Source: Octopus vulgaris
Lineage: Eukaryota
Reading direction: 5' to 3'
Assembly: GCA_951406725.2 (NCBI GenBank)
Contig: OX597830.1
Coordinates: 22,816,001 to 22,880,000 of the forward strand
DNA: 64,000 bases
Notes under the pieces: generated by a model
The model's database searches: none
What the model was told of the DNA's origin: nothing
What the model saw: only the letters and a program-made list of their open reading frames with translations
Shown: positions 40,996 to 55,582 of the stretch, piece after piece
Numbering within the stretch: the first letter of the stretch is position 1
Layout of the letters: each line of letters starts with the position of its first letter
Program-made: the position numbers and the translations under genes

Positions 40996-41037
<42 letters not shown>

Positions 41038-42169
41038 TGTGTGTCTGTGTTTGTCCTCCCAACATCACTTGACAACCGATGCTGGTGTGTTTACGTCGCC
41101 GTAACCTAGCGGTTCGGCAAAAGAGACCAATAAAATAAGTACTAAGCTTACAAAGAATAAGTCCTGGGGTCGATTTGCTCGACTAAAGGTGGTGCTCCAG
41201 TATGGCCACAGTCAAATGACTGAAACAACTAAAAGAGTAAGAGTAAAGAGTATACTTTATGTATTATGCTTGCTTACTTTCACTTACACACAATCAGTTA
41301 TACAGACATACACAGAGACGCACACACACATGCAAAACACGTATACACACACACACACATATATACACAAACGCGCTCGCGCACTTAAGCCTGCAAATGC
41401 TGCCACCATAGTTCTAGCAGAGAGAACAGGTCTCAGATGTCAAGTAATTTTAACCAAAAATAGCCGTAAAATAAAATTAAAAAAACACTTACCCCACCCC
41501 ACCTCAAGTACTTTCCAAGTAGAGCTTCTCATTTCATCACAATGCTTTCGAAAAAAAGGACATTCTTCTTCCTCTTCTTCTTCTTCTTTTTCTTCTTCTT
41601 CTCCTCCTCCTTTTTCAGTTTCTCCGCCTCATTTCCCTGTCTCCACTTCCTCTCTCTCTCCTGCTCCTCCTCTTCATCTTGTCTTCCTCCACTTCCCCTC
41701 TCCTACCTCCACTCATCTTCCCTTTTTCATCCCTCTCCTGTCCTCCCCGTACCCCTCATCTCCCTCCAACAACAATCGCTTTACCTCTTCTTCCTCTCGT
41801 CCATTGCCCCATTCTCCTCCTCCTCCTCCTCTTCTTCTTCTTCTTTTTCTTCTTCATTCACTAAGTTTTATGCTATTTTAAGTTATTTTATTTCCCTAGT
41901 ACCTCGAAAAAAAAAAGAAAAGAAAACTTTTGGGGTTCCTTTTCGATTGCAATAACGGATGCTATTTATTTATTTATTTATTTATTTACTTATTTATTTA
42001 TGTGTCTATTCAAGCTGAACCACTAAATTTCGGCTTGGAAGCTTTCTTGTGGGCGTCTTAATTTTTTTTCTCTCTTTCTTTGGTGCTCCAACATGGCCGC
42101 AGTCAAACGAGAGAAACAAGTAAAAGAATAAAAGAAGCGAAAGAACATCGAGGGCAGAGATCACAGTCA

Positions 42170-42720
42170 ATTTCTTTATTAACCATGAGGTTGAGAAAAA
42201 GAGGGGACGATACGAGGACATACAAAACAAACATTGGGGTCAGGGTATCGAAGAGACGAAACTAATGAATAAACAAACAATTAAAATATATACAATTAAA
42301 TGAGAAAGAGTGATTTACAAAAAAATGAAACGGAAGACGCGGTCGACCCCACAAACCAAGACTTTGCTAGGTCCTTTTTATATTCTCGTTCAGACAGGTT
42401 CTTTCACTCGCAACATTCTTGCTATAGACTTCCATCTTTTACGAAACACACTTTGCAACAGGCATTTCTTCTCCAGCCTTATTTTCCGTTTCATGTGGGA
42501 AACGAAAAAGTCGATTAGCTCGAGACTGGAGATAAACATGCTTGTTGCAATTCCTTTCACTCTCGTCTTCCATACTACCTCATTCGCCACAGCAACTACC
42601 GAGAGAAAACAGGCTCGCTCCTCTTTGTTCAGGGAGGTCGGTGGAACGATCTTAATTACAGATTCGCTCGACAGTTGTACTCTTCTTGAATGCGACAGAG
42701 GTGTCATCAACGACATATTC
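42170..42720 (-). mobile_element. 3' end of a Tx1/L1-like LINE (ORF2 C-terminus plus 3' UTR)
   Basis: ORF 42390-42716 reads VANEVVWKTRVKG...LIDFFVSHMKRKIRLEKKCLLQSVFRKRW, resembling the L1/Tx1 'W..R...F..RW' terminus. Confidence 0.6.
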
Positions 42721-42733
42721 AGGAATCGGAAAC

Positions 42734-43130
42734 AGGCGTAGGAGTGGCTGTGTGGTAAGTAGCTTGCTTACCAACCACATGGTTCCGGATTTAGTCTCAC
42801 TGCGTAGCATCTTGGGCAAGTATCTTCTACTATAGCCTCGAGCCGACCAAAGCCTTGTGAATGGATTTGGTAGACGGAAACTGAAAGAAGCCCGTCGTAT
42901 ATATGTGTATATATATGTGTATGTGTGTATGTCTGTGTTTGTCCCTCCAACATTGCTTGACGACCGATGCTGGTGTGTTTACGTCCCCGTAACTTAGTAG
43001 TTCGGCAAAAGAGACCGATAGAATAAGTACTAGGCTTACAAAGAATAAGTCTTGGGGTCGATTTGCTCGACTAAAGGCGGTGATACAGCATGGCCACAGT
43101 CAAATGACTGAAACAAGTAAAAGAGTAAAG
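42734..43130 (+). mobile_element. SINE-A, full length
   Basis: tRNA-like A/B boxes (TGGCTGTGTGG...GGTTCCGGA), internal TA/TG tract and an AAAAGAGT tail. Confidence 0.9.
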
Positions 43131-43157
43131 AAAGGAGATGCTGTTTCTACTACTGCT

Positions 43158-43526
43158 ATTGTTGTTGTTGCTGTTGCTGTTGAAGCTCGCAGTGGGAGAA
43201 GTCCGAATCGTGGTCCTTTGCTATTCGTAAGACCTGCAGAAGAGAAAGAAGGTCAAACCCCGACACCGAGAGCATCGACGGATGGATGAATGCGCATCCA
43301 GGCTCAGCGGTTGCGTAGGAAGTCGGGGACAAGAAACAGGAAGAAAGAGTGAGAGAAAGTTGGGGCGAAAGAGTACAACAGGGGTCGCCACCACCCCCTG
43401 CCGGGGCCTCGTGGAGCTTTAGTTGTTTTCGCTCAATAAACACACACAACGCCCGGTCTGGGACTCGAAACCGCGATCCTCCGACCGCGAGTCCGCTGCC
43501 CTAACCACTGGGCCATTGCGATTCCA
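43158..43526 (-). mobile_element. SINE with a family-D head but a different 3' tail ending in (CAA/CAG)n
   Basis: The head matches 59605-59790, while the tail is unrelated to the family C/D tail. Confidence 0.8.
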
Positions 43527-44394
43527 CTGTTGTTGCTGTTGTTGTTGTTGCTACTGCTGTTTAGCCTAATGTCAGCTCCGATCGAGCAGATCTCTGATCA
43601 TAAGCTATCCAGTTATCCTTTAAAAGACAGTTGTCCTTAATAATAATATCCTAACTTAATAATAATATGAGGGCTAGATTATCAACTATGTCCTTGTATT
43701 TTTCATGATGATACAATGTAGTTTGAGGGACACTTGGCTAACATTTCATGCAGGTTCAGAGATTATGTAGAGGTCATTTTGTTGGTTCGAGAATATAATG
43801 TGTTATAACAAAACTAATGTTGTACCTGTTAAAAATGACGGGGTTCATTAGAGCATTGAGTAGATTATGCATATCTAATTTTGTAAAATGCTTTATAGTT
43901 AAATACGTTTTACCTGACTGGCGTAGGACTTAAAAACGGGACGCGGTAATAGTGGGTGACAAAAGGTAGTGAAATACGTTGAAGCCCCAGTATTCTAAAG
44001 GTCCAGAAGAAATACCACAGAATATTTTTCTGGTGCTCTAACGATTCTGTGAGTTGCCTTTGATAATTTCTGATTTAGGCGCATGGCCAACAATTTTAAT
44101 GGGGCAGAGAGTACTTGAGTGGTACTTTTTTTTCACTGATTCCAGAAGGAAGAAAGGGCAAGTTGGCCTCAGCGAAATTTGAACTCAGAATGTAAAGAGC
44201 CGGGACAATTGTGTAAATCCCTTTTTACTGGTGTTCTAACGATTCTACCAAATCACCAGACTTTCATCCTTTGGGTTTCTTTCCGTTTGGACATTTTGTT
44301 TCCAAAACACTAGGGTTTAACTGAAAATTACTTACAGTTCACTCTTAACCTGAAGCAGTTAAACCAAAATTCATTGCATTCTATTGTTTAACTT

Positions 44395-45521
<1,127 letters not shown>

Positions 45522-46459
45522 GTAATTTGTTTTTACAATTAAAACTGATCCAGAAGCAGAAATTGCTTTTTTGCTAACGATCTCTAATGTACTCAAACAA
45601 AAATATTTGATGACATATAAAAAAGATGTTTTTTTCCCCCCGAAAAATGTCTCAAAAAATTACACCGGGTCCTGCATGCATCTTTGGGCTTCCATAAGCT
45701 ATTTTTGTCCCTGACGCTCATTTCCCCACTGAATATGCGTTGCTGAAATTAGGGTGCTTCTTAAATGCTGTGCATCTTTTATTCTGCCAAATTCAACAAG
45801 GCTTAGTAAATCTAAGATGGACGCCTGGTTAGTTTTTGCTGTAATGGTATAGTCAAAGCGATAAGTTCGTTCTTGGATCAGTAATACAACCAAAATCCAG
45901 TTTAGATATATTTTGCATAAGTAGAAAGAACTTTAGCCAAAGGAAGTTTAGTAAACACCAATTAACTGAGCGAAGACAGATTAAAAATTACAGCAATTGT
46001 AGATCATCCCATCGTTCTCCTAGATCCTGTCACGCATTTAGGAACGAATGCTTTTAATAATGGTAAATTAGTCCATTTTCATAAAATTCCGCCGATCAAA
46101 CCGCTATATGCTACTTAATGTGTTATTACTTTCACGTTCAGGCTATGAGTCCTAAATTTCACGATGAGGGAGTAACATTAAATGTTAATTGTGCAACAAA
46201 TGATAATTGCATCAGGTTATTTATAAATTAGATGGACACCCTGTTTAAATGCAATTGGATACTGGTGTGACATACTCCATCGTTCCAGTTTCTGTGACTT
46301 ACTGTATTGTTTCGGTTCTGCTCTTAAGACAGTCATCATTAATCATCAAACCGGTTGATTGACGCTTAATTTCTTATGACTGTTCAAAATTAGATGTAGC
46401 TGGCAACAAGAACAGCTTTGCTTGACTGTACAGATAAATAAATAAATAAAAATAACAAT

Positions 46460-46683
46460 TCTTTCTAATGTAGACACAAAGCCTGGAAATTTGGGTGGGT
46501 GGGAGGTCGAGGAATAATCGATTATATCGACCCCCAGCACTCGATAGGTACTTATTTCATCGACCTCGAATGGGATGAAAGGCAAAGTCAACCTCGGCGG
46601 AATTTGAATTCAGAACGTAAAGACGGACTAAATGCCGCCGGGCATTTTGACCGGCGTACTGACGATTCTGTCAGCTCACTGCT

Positions 46684-46739
<56 letters not shown>

Positions 46740-47105
46740 CATTATTATTTTTATCATTATTATTATTACTAATATTTTAAATTTTTGCCACAACGGCAGC
46801 TTGGGGGGAGGTGAGGATGAGTCGATTATATCGACCCCAGTGTCCAACTGGTACTTATTTTATCGACCCCGAAAGGATGAAAGGCAAAGTCGACCACGGC
46901 GGAATTTGAACTCAGAAGATAAAGACTGGCGAAATGCCGCTAAGCATTTTGTCCAGCGCCCTAACAATTCTGCCACCTCACCGCCATACTTAATAATAAT
47001 ATTCAAGGATGGAAGGCGAAGTCAACCTTGGCGGAATTTGAATTCAGACCGTAAAGACGAACAAAATGCTGCTATGCAATTTGTCCGGCGTCCTAACGAT
47101 ACTGT
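46460..47105 (-). mobile_element. SINE-B cluster (three units) with (AAT)n
   Basis: Repeated GGATGAAAGGCAAAGTCGACC.CGGCGGAATTTGAA. Confidence 0.8.
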
Positions 47106-47338
47106 CAGCAGTAGAAGCAACAGCAGCAACACCAGCAGTAGCAGCAGCCATTCAAGAATTTGGACCTGGAGATCCCCATTTCCAGCGACTTCGAGGGCCA
47201 CCTCCCAGTGGTGTCGGGCGTCAACGAAGAGCCTTCGACTACAACAAGACGACCAAAGTTTTTTTTTTCCAAGGTCTGGGGTCTCCCGCCCCTAAGCCCT
47301 AGGCCATCACCTAACCACCCTTACCCGTCTTGTTGCTT

Positions 47339-47371
<33 letters not shown>

Positions 47372-48849
47372 CAGTAACAGCAGCAACAACAACGACAACG
47401 ACAACGTCGACAATAACAATAAGTAGAACATGAGTTTTGTTGTGGCTAATAATCCTTATAACTTTGCACTAAATTGTTCTGACATTCTGCAACGTACCAC
47501 CAATAAAAGGCTATTATTGGTTACAATGAAAAATAATATTGTCCAGTGCACCGATACCCAGTAAACATAAAAAAGGAAGTTGAAAATAAACGTTACAATA
47601 CTGAGTTATTGAGAATCATAATTCCATGTCCGAATGAAGGAATAAAATATGCGCCACCAGTCGTTCGGCTGTGAAAGGAATATGGTAAATCAAAAATGTG
47701 TGCCGATTAGAAAATACATTTAAATAACAAGATTTAAACGATACTGCATCTATAATTATACAACATCGTCCCTCGCTCGTGTTAACAAGAGACGCGTTCG
47801 GATCTTATGTAGAGGGTTTTTTTTCGAAAAATATCTGAAAGTCTCCACTCAATGCCGGTAAAACCAGCAATAAACCTGCAGCTTGTTCTGGGAGTTGTGA
47901 GGCGGGAGCACAAAGGATACGTGTCTCGAAACCCCAGGAGGTGGGGCCAGGAGGGAACGACCATTAATGCTTGAGTGATAAGGTGGTTGGATAACATAGT
48001 CTCAATTATTCACGCTTGGGAAAGTCTAATGACGGTTGCTTCTTGATAAGACCCTAAGGAGGGGGTGCCTAAGGACTTTACCCTTATGACCCTTCCAGGA
48101 ATAGTGGATGCAGAAGATGGATGGGTAGATAGATGAACTTGAAACAATGTTCACTTGTCTGCAAGGGGCAAAGTCTTTTTTCTCTATTGAGTGTATATCG
48201 TCAGACTGGGTTTTGGTGTGGGTTTCTTCGAGATTGTATGGAATAAATAAAAGTATTAGTCGTTATTTGGACAATAGATTTCAGATGAGACCCAAAAATA
48301 GCTCCATTTTTTCAGCTCCATTTTTCAGCACCTACATTGAACGAAATTATAAAGCAGCTCCAATTTCCAGAATTATACGGAATCTACAATGAAGGAAATA
48401 ATGATATAGTAAATCCGGTCTCTCGAACTTATACTTTGCCACTTCTTACATTGAATTGGTAATTATTTAGAATATCATAAATATACATTAACTCCAATTG
48501 CAAAAGATAAATCATTCTTATCGTTTTTATGTACGAGCAGAAGTGAAAACAAATGACTGGAAATATCTATTTTTAATCTCTAGATTTGGCGTTCCAATGA
48601 CAACGGCATCATACAGTGGTCTTATTCATCTAAAGGACTGCTTAACCTAACTCGGATTCAAGAGAATTGAAAATCCTAACTAAAGTATAAGGAGCAGTAC
48701 AATGAAGTCTGACTTTAAATGTTAAAATCCATCTATTGGAAAATTTGATGAGTATTTACTAAAGGTTCTTCCCAACTATCGTAATGCTTACAATTCCATA
48801 GAAATTATCTCAGAGGTTATAACGTAGAAGTTATCTCCAGTTGAAATAT

Positions 48850-49065
48850 TGGTTTCAAATTTTGACACAAGGCTAGCAGTTTCGGGGGGTGGGGGTAAGT
48901 CGATTTCATCGATCCCCAGTGCTCAACTGGAATTAATTTTATCGACCCCGAAAGGATGAAAGGCAAAGACGACATCAGCGGAATTTGAACTCAGAACGTA
49001 AAGACTGATGAAATGCCGCTGAGTATTTTGCTCGGCATGCTAACGATTTTTGCCTGCTCGCCACC
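48850..49065 (-). mobile_element. SINE-B monomer
   Basis: Family consensus match. Confidence 0.85.
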
Positions 49066-49691
49066 TTTTCTCGGAAAACAAGAATAGCAACATTGAGCTC
49101 TTCTTATGAAAATGGACACAAATGGTTTATTACACGGATACGACAATGAAATTTACAACCGATGCGTGTTTGTCTGAGTTTGCTGGTTGAAACACAGCTT
49201 GGAATAAACGTGAAGATGAATAAGGTTCAGTTAGCACCAACTGAAGAAATAACTCTTCTTAAGTATTCTTCTTCAAACACATCTAATCAAAACAATGCTA
49301 TCAACGGCTAGCTGTCACCGGCTTCAGTCTTCTCCTGCTGAGCTGTCGCTTGATTATGTAATCCCCTCGACATCAACAATTTCTCCAACTACGACGGCAC
49401 AATATTTCCTCTAATTTATTGGCTGTGGCCGAGTGCGGAGATTAATTTCTGTGCAAGTTTTGGCCTTCTTGGCAATAGCAAAAGAAAAAACAAATATCTT
49501 AAGTCTTTTTACCTTTCACTTGTTTCGGTCACTGAACTGTGGCCATGCTGGGGTACCAACCCGAGAACTGTTTTTAAGTCTGGTACTTTTTCTGTCGTCT
49601 TGGTCTCTTTTGCCGAACAGATATATTATGAAGAGGCAAACAAACCAGCACCGGTTGTCAAGCGGTGGTAGGGATCAAACAAAAAAAAGAC

Positions 49692-49730
<39 letters not shown>

Positions 49731-50166
49731 CGAGCTTCTTTTCAGTTTTCCGTGTGCCAAATTTACTTACAAGGCATTGGTCGGTACGGAGGCTATAAGA
49801 AAAGACACTTGCCCAAGATGCCACAGCGTGGGACCGAACCCAAGACCATACGGTTAGGAAGTAAGCTTCTTAATGCCGCAGTCATGTCCACGTCTATATG
49901 CACACTTTTTTTTCCTTTGTGCGCATTCTTAAACACAAGAGCGTCGCTTAGAGCGAACATTGCAGTTGATATTCAATTTCCAACACGTCTAAAACCACTA
50001 ACGCTTGTCTTCATGTCAACTTAACATTAAAACGTGGGAGGTGCACAAACTCAAAAGGAATTCGGAAGCCACAAAGATATAATGATAAGTATGATTTATC
50101 TTTCGCAGTTGGAGTTAACGTATATTTATAATATTCTAAATAGTTGCCTATTCTATTATATATGTT

Positions 50167-50197
<31 letters not shown>

Positions 50198-50229
50198 CCG
50201 TACATATGTATAAATAACAAATTAATAAA

Positions 50230-50474
50230 TAAAACATATGCATATATACATACATATATGTACGTACTTACATCTACATGTATATATACATGCATGTATG
50301 AGTACAGGACACCAAAAAAACGTCGAACACAGTGAGAAACGAAAACATAAACACAAAACCAAAGAAATGGACATTTTTCTTAAACAACGAAAAAATAGAG
50401 TACAGGACATACAAAACAAGGAAAATTCCCCTTCTTCAGTCGCCTCTGTTTCATCTACTCCGTGTTTCGAAGGT
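50230..50474 (-). mobile_element. Second copy of the 2035-2290 repeat
   Basis: Reverse-complement match. Confidence 0.6.
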
Positions 50475-50495
50475 ATATATATATATATATATATA

Positions 50496-50850
50496 TTGGG
50501 TCGTACCATAAATAAGGTGGTTGTTTTTATACTTCTCTTATTTTTCAAAATGAAGATAAACAAAGTTCTTTTTTAATCTAAAATATTCCCTCCTTCATTT
50601 TCTGCAATACTCTTCTATCTATCTGGTAGACTTGCAAGGCCCCTCTTTCAAACTTCACTTGTCCGTGACGAAAAATATTCCTCCAGTACTGTTCTGACCC
50701 CGTCTACAGAATTCATATTTTTTCCGTCCTAATGATTTTCGATTCTGCGGAATAAATGATAATCAGATGGGGCAATGTCCGGCGAATATGGTGGGTAGGG
50801 CATCGTTTCTCATTCAAATGGCTCCAGCCTTTTGAATGATGTCAACCTCG
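50496..50850 (-). mobile_element. 3' portion of the mariner family (as 52251-53175)
   Basis: TIR TTGGGTCGTACCATAAATAA. The minus strand gives ETMPYPPYSPDIAPSDYHLFR...GLASLPDR*KSIAENEGG. Confidence 0.85.
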
Positions 50851-51253
50851 CTGTATTGGTGTCTAGTTTGAGACCTCAATGTTGCTATTTAGTTTGGGAG
50901 GTTCTGTGGCCTTTATATACACTGGAAGTAGAATGGGGCGATTGTTGTTATCGCTAGGCCTAACTCATCGTAAGCAAATACCATCATGAGTGATATCCAG
51001 ACTACAGTGGACAAGGAAAGCTACTGAATTTGGTTAAAAAGATGACGATGAGAAATGGCAGGAAGAATATTGAGTGAAACCCCAAAACCTATTGATCTAG
51101 CAAGCGGGTCTTCATCTCAGTGAGAGCGGCCGGTGCGCAATAATCCTTTCTACTATAGGTACAAGGCCTGAAATTTGGGGGAGGGGGAAGAACTAGTCGA
51201 TTACATCGACCTCAGTGTTTCACTGGTACTAAATTTATCGATTACAGACACAG

Positions 51254-51378
<125 letters not shown>

Positions 51379-51534
51379 CGACGGGCTTCTTTCAGTTTCC
51401 GTCTACCAAATTCACTTTGGTCGGCCCGAGGTCGGCCCGAGGCTATAGTAGAAGACACATGACCAAGGTGTCACACAGTGGGACTGAACCCGGAACCGTG
51501 AGGCTGTAAGCAAGCTACTTACCACACAGCCACT

Positions 51535-51587
<53 letters not shown>

Positions 51588-51600
51588 ATGTACGTACACG

Positions 51601-51641
<41 letters not shown>

Positions 51642-52250
51642 GTCTTGTTTTTCTCATTTTATGTTATTTTCTGTTTGGAGAACTTTGCTGAATCACGATA
51701 CAAAAGTAACGGTTTGAACCATACTTATACCGCTGTTGCAAACTTATATAATTATCGTAAACACGACACTCCTTCCACTTAAAAAAGGTTAAGAGTTGTT
51801 CTCGTGTTTTTTTTTTTCAGTTTACCCTGAGAAAAGCAAGCTTTGTTGAATACAAAGTTTCCATTGCTATCTTGGAAATATTTCACTGTTCGAGCGTGTG
51901 TGATAAAGATCTACTTGGTCCTCAACACCATCGTCATCATCGAGCTGCCAAGCCTCGGTCGGCTTTGATCGAATAGACCACTGATCAAAAACGTTTCACC
52001 TATAACCATCCTTTTTTTCTTTCTGATTCAGTCACTGGACTGCGGCGATGCTGGGGCACCGCCTTCAGAGGTTTTTAGTCAAACAAATCGACCACGTTAC
52101 GTTTCATTTTTTTGTATTTCTTTTAAAGTTTGGTACTTATCCTATCGGTCTTTTTTGTTAAACTGCTAGGTTACGAGGATGTATACAAAGCAGCACCGGT
52201 TGTCAAGTGGCGTGGTTGGGGAAACAAACACACACACACACACACATATA

Positions 52251-53175
52251 TTAGGTCATCTCATAAATAATGCTGTGTTTTCACTTGCATGAACTAAAAG
52301 TTGGAAGGGGACAGGATAAACTACCTGCATCAACTTGCTATAAAAGTAGGTCGTAATTTTACCTTGTCCTTATTCTTAGTGCAAGCTTTGAAGAGTGCAG
52401 TTCGATTTTAACAGTTACTTTTCTTCAAAGCTATAATGGAAGTGACAAATAAGTATATTCTGTATATTTTGCTTTATGAGTTAAATTAAGGCAACAATGC
52501 AACGGAAAGTGCGAGGAATATTAATGCAGTACTTGGGGATCAGATAATAAGAGTAAACCAGTGTCAACGGTAGTTCCAGAAATTCCAAAACCGGAAACTA
52601 CAGCCTTGAAGACGAGCCTCATCCTAGAAGATCTGTAGAGCTCTACTAGGACGTCCTGCAAACCCCGGTGGAACAAAATCCCATTGTAACTGTTGAGGGA
52701 CTAGTAGAGAAGCCTGGTTTTGGTCATTCAATCATTCATCGACACCTGCGCTAGAAGAAAAGCGACCGTCTTTGGTTTCAAGAGGAAAGGTGTTCTTCCA
52801 TCAGGATAATGCTCGGTCACACAGCGAAGATGATATTCCAGAAGCTGGAGCCATTTGAATGGGAAACGATGCCCCACCCATCATATTCGTTGGATATTGC
52901 CCCATCTGATTATCATTTATTCCGCAATCTTCAAAATCATTAGGATGGAAAAAAATATGAATTCAGTAGACGAGGTCGGAGCAGTAGTGGAGAAGTATTT
53001 TTCGACATGGACAAGTGAATTTTGGAAGAGAGGCCTTGCAAGTCTACCAGATAGATGGAAGAGCATTGTAGAAAATGAAGGAGAGTATATTTTAGATTAA
53101 AAGAAACTTTGGTTATCTTTACTTTGAAAATTAAAAGAAGTATAAAAAGACTGCATTATTTATGGAATGACCCAA
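52251..53175 (+). mobile_element. Internally deleted mariner (DD34D family) with both TIRs and a TA TSD
   Basis: TA|TTAGGTCATC.CATAAATAATGC ... GCATTATTTATGGAATGACCCAA|TA. The HTH region (MEVT...LEDEP) is joined to FHQDNARSH...HPSYSLDIAPSDYHLFR...RWKSIVENEGEYILD. Confidence 0.92.
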
Positions 53176-53400
53176 TACATGTCTGAGCAACTGATATTCT
53201 TTGACAACGATGTGATGTGACCCGCCATGGCCAATAGCAGTCTATCTTCCAGTAGCCATCTTGGACTTCCAGTATCTCTCCATTCTGTAAACTGAAGCCT
53301 GAAAGAAACGGGCTTCTATTAGATGCCTGCGAAACTTTAAGCCACAAGAAGCCGAAATAAACTGTTTTAAATAATGTGTGTGTGTCTGTGTGTCTGTGTA

Positions 53401-53489
<89 letters not shown>

Positions 53490-53935
53490 ACGACTGGCTT
53501 CCTCACAGTTTTTGTCAGCCTGGGGCATTAGTAGAAGACACTTGCCCAAGATGCTGTGCAGTGAGATTGAACCCGAAATTATGGGGCTGCAACGTAAGCT
53601 TATAAACCACACAACCAAAGACTACATTGTCGAATTGTTTATTTTTGTTGTTCGTCATTCTGAGGTCAATGAAATATTTACCAGTTGATATAATTAGAGC
53701 TGTAACTGCTGGGTTCCAGCAAGGCCCACAGTCCAGCGACCAAAACTAAAGGCAAAAAAAAAAACAAAAAAAAAACAAAGATAATTTTAGAAAATAAATA
53801 AATAAAGGAATAGAAAAAAAAAGTCAGAAGAGAGTCAATTCACATCACTTAAGATACTAAAGCTCTTGAGATAGACACAAATGCTATACAGGTCTCCTCC
53901 CAAGTCCTTCACGCGCGCGCGCATACACACACTCA

Positions 53936-54197
53936 AACACACACACACACACACAATGACATATATATATACATATATATACATATATATATATATGTAT
54001 ATATAGATATACATATATATATATATGTATATATATACATATATATATATGTATGTATATGTATATATATATACATATATATATATATATACATATACAT
54101 ACATATATATATATATACATATATATATGCATATACATACATATATATATATATATACATATATATGTATATACATATACATACATATATATATGTA

Positions 54198-54237
<40 letters not shown>

Positions 54238-54260
54238 TACATATATATATATATACACAC

Positions 54261-54292
<32 letters not shown>

Positions 54293-54315
54293 GTGTGTGT
54301 ATGTGTGTGTGTGTG
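53936..54315. repeat. Imperfect (TA)/(CATA) microsatellite
   Basis: Direct inspection. Confidence 0.9.
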
Positions 54316-54349
54316 CGCACATGTATGTATAGGTGTATATAATATATAG

Positions 54350-54672
54350 GTGAGGGCGCGAGGCTTAGTGGTTAGGGCATTCGGCTCATGATCGTAAGGT
54401 TGTGAGTTCGATTCCCGGCGACGCGTTGTGTCCTTGAGCAAGACACTTTATTTCACGTTGCTCCAGTCCACTCAGCTGGCAAAAATGAGTTGTACTTGTA
54501 TTTCAAAGGGTCAGCCTTGTCACTCTCTGTGTCACGCTGATTATCCCCGAGAACTACGTTAAGGGTACACGTGTCTGTGGAATGCTCAGCCATTTGCACG
54601 TTAATTTCACGAGCAAGCTGTTCCGTTGATCGTATCAGCTGGGACCCTCGTCGTCGTAACCGGCGGAGTCTT
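54350..54672 (+). mobile_element. SINE family C, full length with a 12-bp TSD
   Basis: tRNA head GGCTTAGTGGTTAGG...GAGTTCGATTCC, CORE-like GTTGTGTCCTTGAGCAAGACAC, and TSD TATAATATATAG at 54338-54349 and 54673-54684. Confidence 0.9.
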
Positions 54673-55518
54673 TATAATATATAGATACAGTGGTGGGCAA
54701 AAATAGGTATGCAGTTGCTTAATATGAGTGGAATGTTCTTCACCTTTCTCTGTTTCATTTTTGGGGGTGGGGGTGGGGGATAAGAACTCTATGATTCTAT
54801 GTTCTTTTAAACTAAATTCTTGTATAATAAGCAAAAAAAGCTAGTTCTAAAATCTCTCTATGAGATGAACGCAGTAACTGTACTAGCAAGTAATGTTCTT
54901 AACCACTTCAATATGGCTGTTCTGTTGGAACGTATTTTACTGCGATTTCTTAAACCCAATAGGACATCTCTAACTGGTTAACGACGCACAGCTGCATCCG
55001 ATATACAGCGAGCAGGGGAGCAAACTCTTACCATCTTCTAGCGACGGGATCAGCAGACCAGCCTGGTTTCGAGCTATTTCTGTCTCTCTTCGGTACTGGA
55101 CACCTCGTCTGGTAGAAATGGAAGTAGCCCGCTTCTGCTCAAATTCAAGCAACACACTGTCGCTGATCTTGCAACAAACGAAAAGGCTAGTACTAAAAAC
55201 TCTCTAAGAGATGAACGCATTATTGACATATTATAATCATGCTATTTAGCTCTCTTTAATTTTAGCCCTCTGCAGGAGCTAGCTTAAAAGACTGCACAGA
55301 GCGCGGCTTTGAAGCTAGTTCTATAATAAAAGAATTATTCTTTATTTCAATTATTTGTCAATGTGGCTGGAAATTTGACCAACGATGAACGAAAGCAACA
55401 GGATGTCTACTTTCCCCCACCACTATGTACAATGATTTCTCAATAAACACGGGACTATCTATGTATGTCTGCATGTATGGACGTATGTATGTATTTATAT
55501 ATATGTATATGTATATAA

Positions 55519-55582
<64 letters not shown>

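Larger units (their letters stand above)
40456..41000. repeat. Long near-perfect palindrome (~235-bp arms, short loop at ~40763); the left arm carries an extra ~77-bp tandem duplication
   Basis: ORFs 40446-40745 (+) and 40785-41075 (-) translate nearly identically, and the arms are reverse complements. Confidence 0.95.
40150..41250 (+). mobile_element. SINE-A split by a palindromic insertion in its central (TA)n
   Basis: 5' half at 40150-40280 and 3' half at 41035-41250. Confidence 0.85.

Noticed and set aside
40446-41075. Twin near-identical ORFs on opposite strands
   Set aside because: They are a by-product of the palindrome and show no protein motif.
45660-46245. Tc1/mariner remnant ending in GGACACCCTG
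   Set aside because: There is only a short TIR-like match and no transposase motif could be recovered.
47150-47310. Possible host exon in a GC-richer patch (also 24450-24590)
   Set aside because: No recognisable domain or convincing splice-site pair.
53290-53350. HHR-like CTGAAAGA...GCCTGCGAAAC
   Set aside because: Stem II is plausible, but there is no NUH site or stem I.
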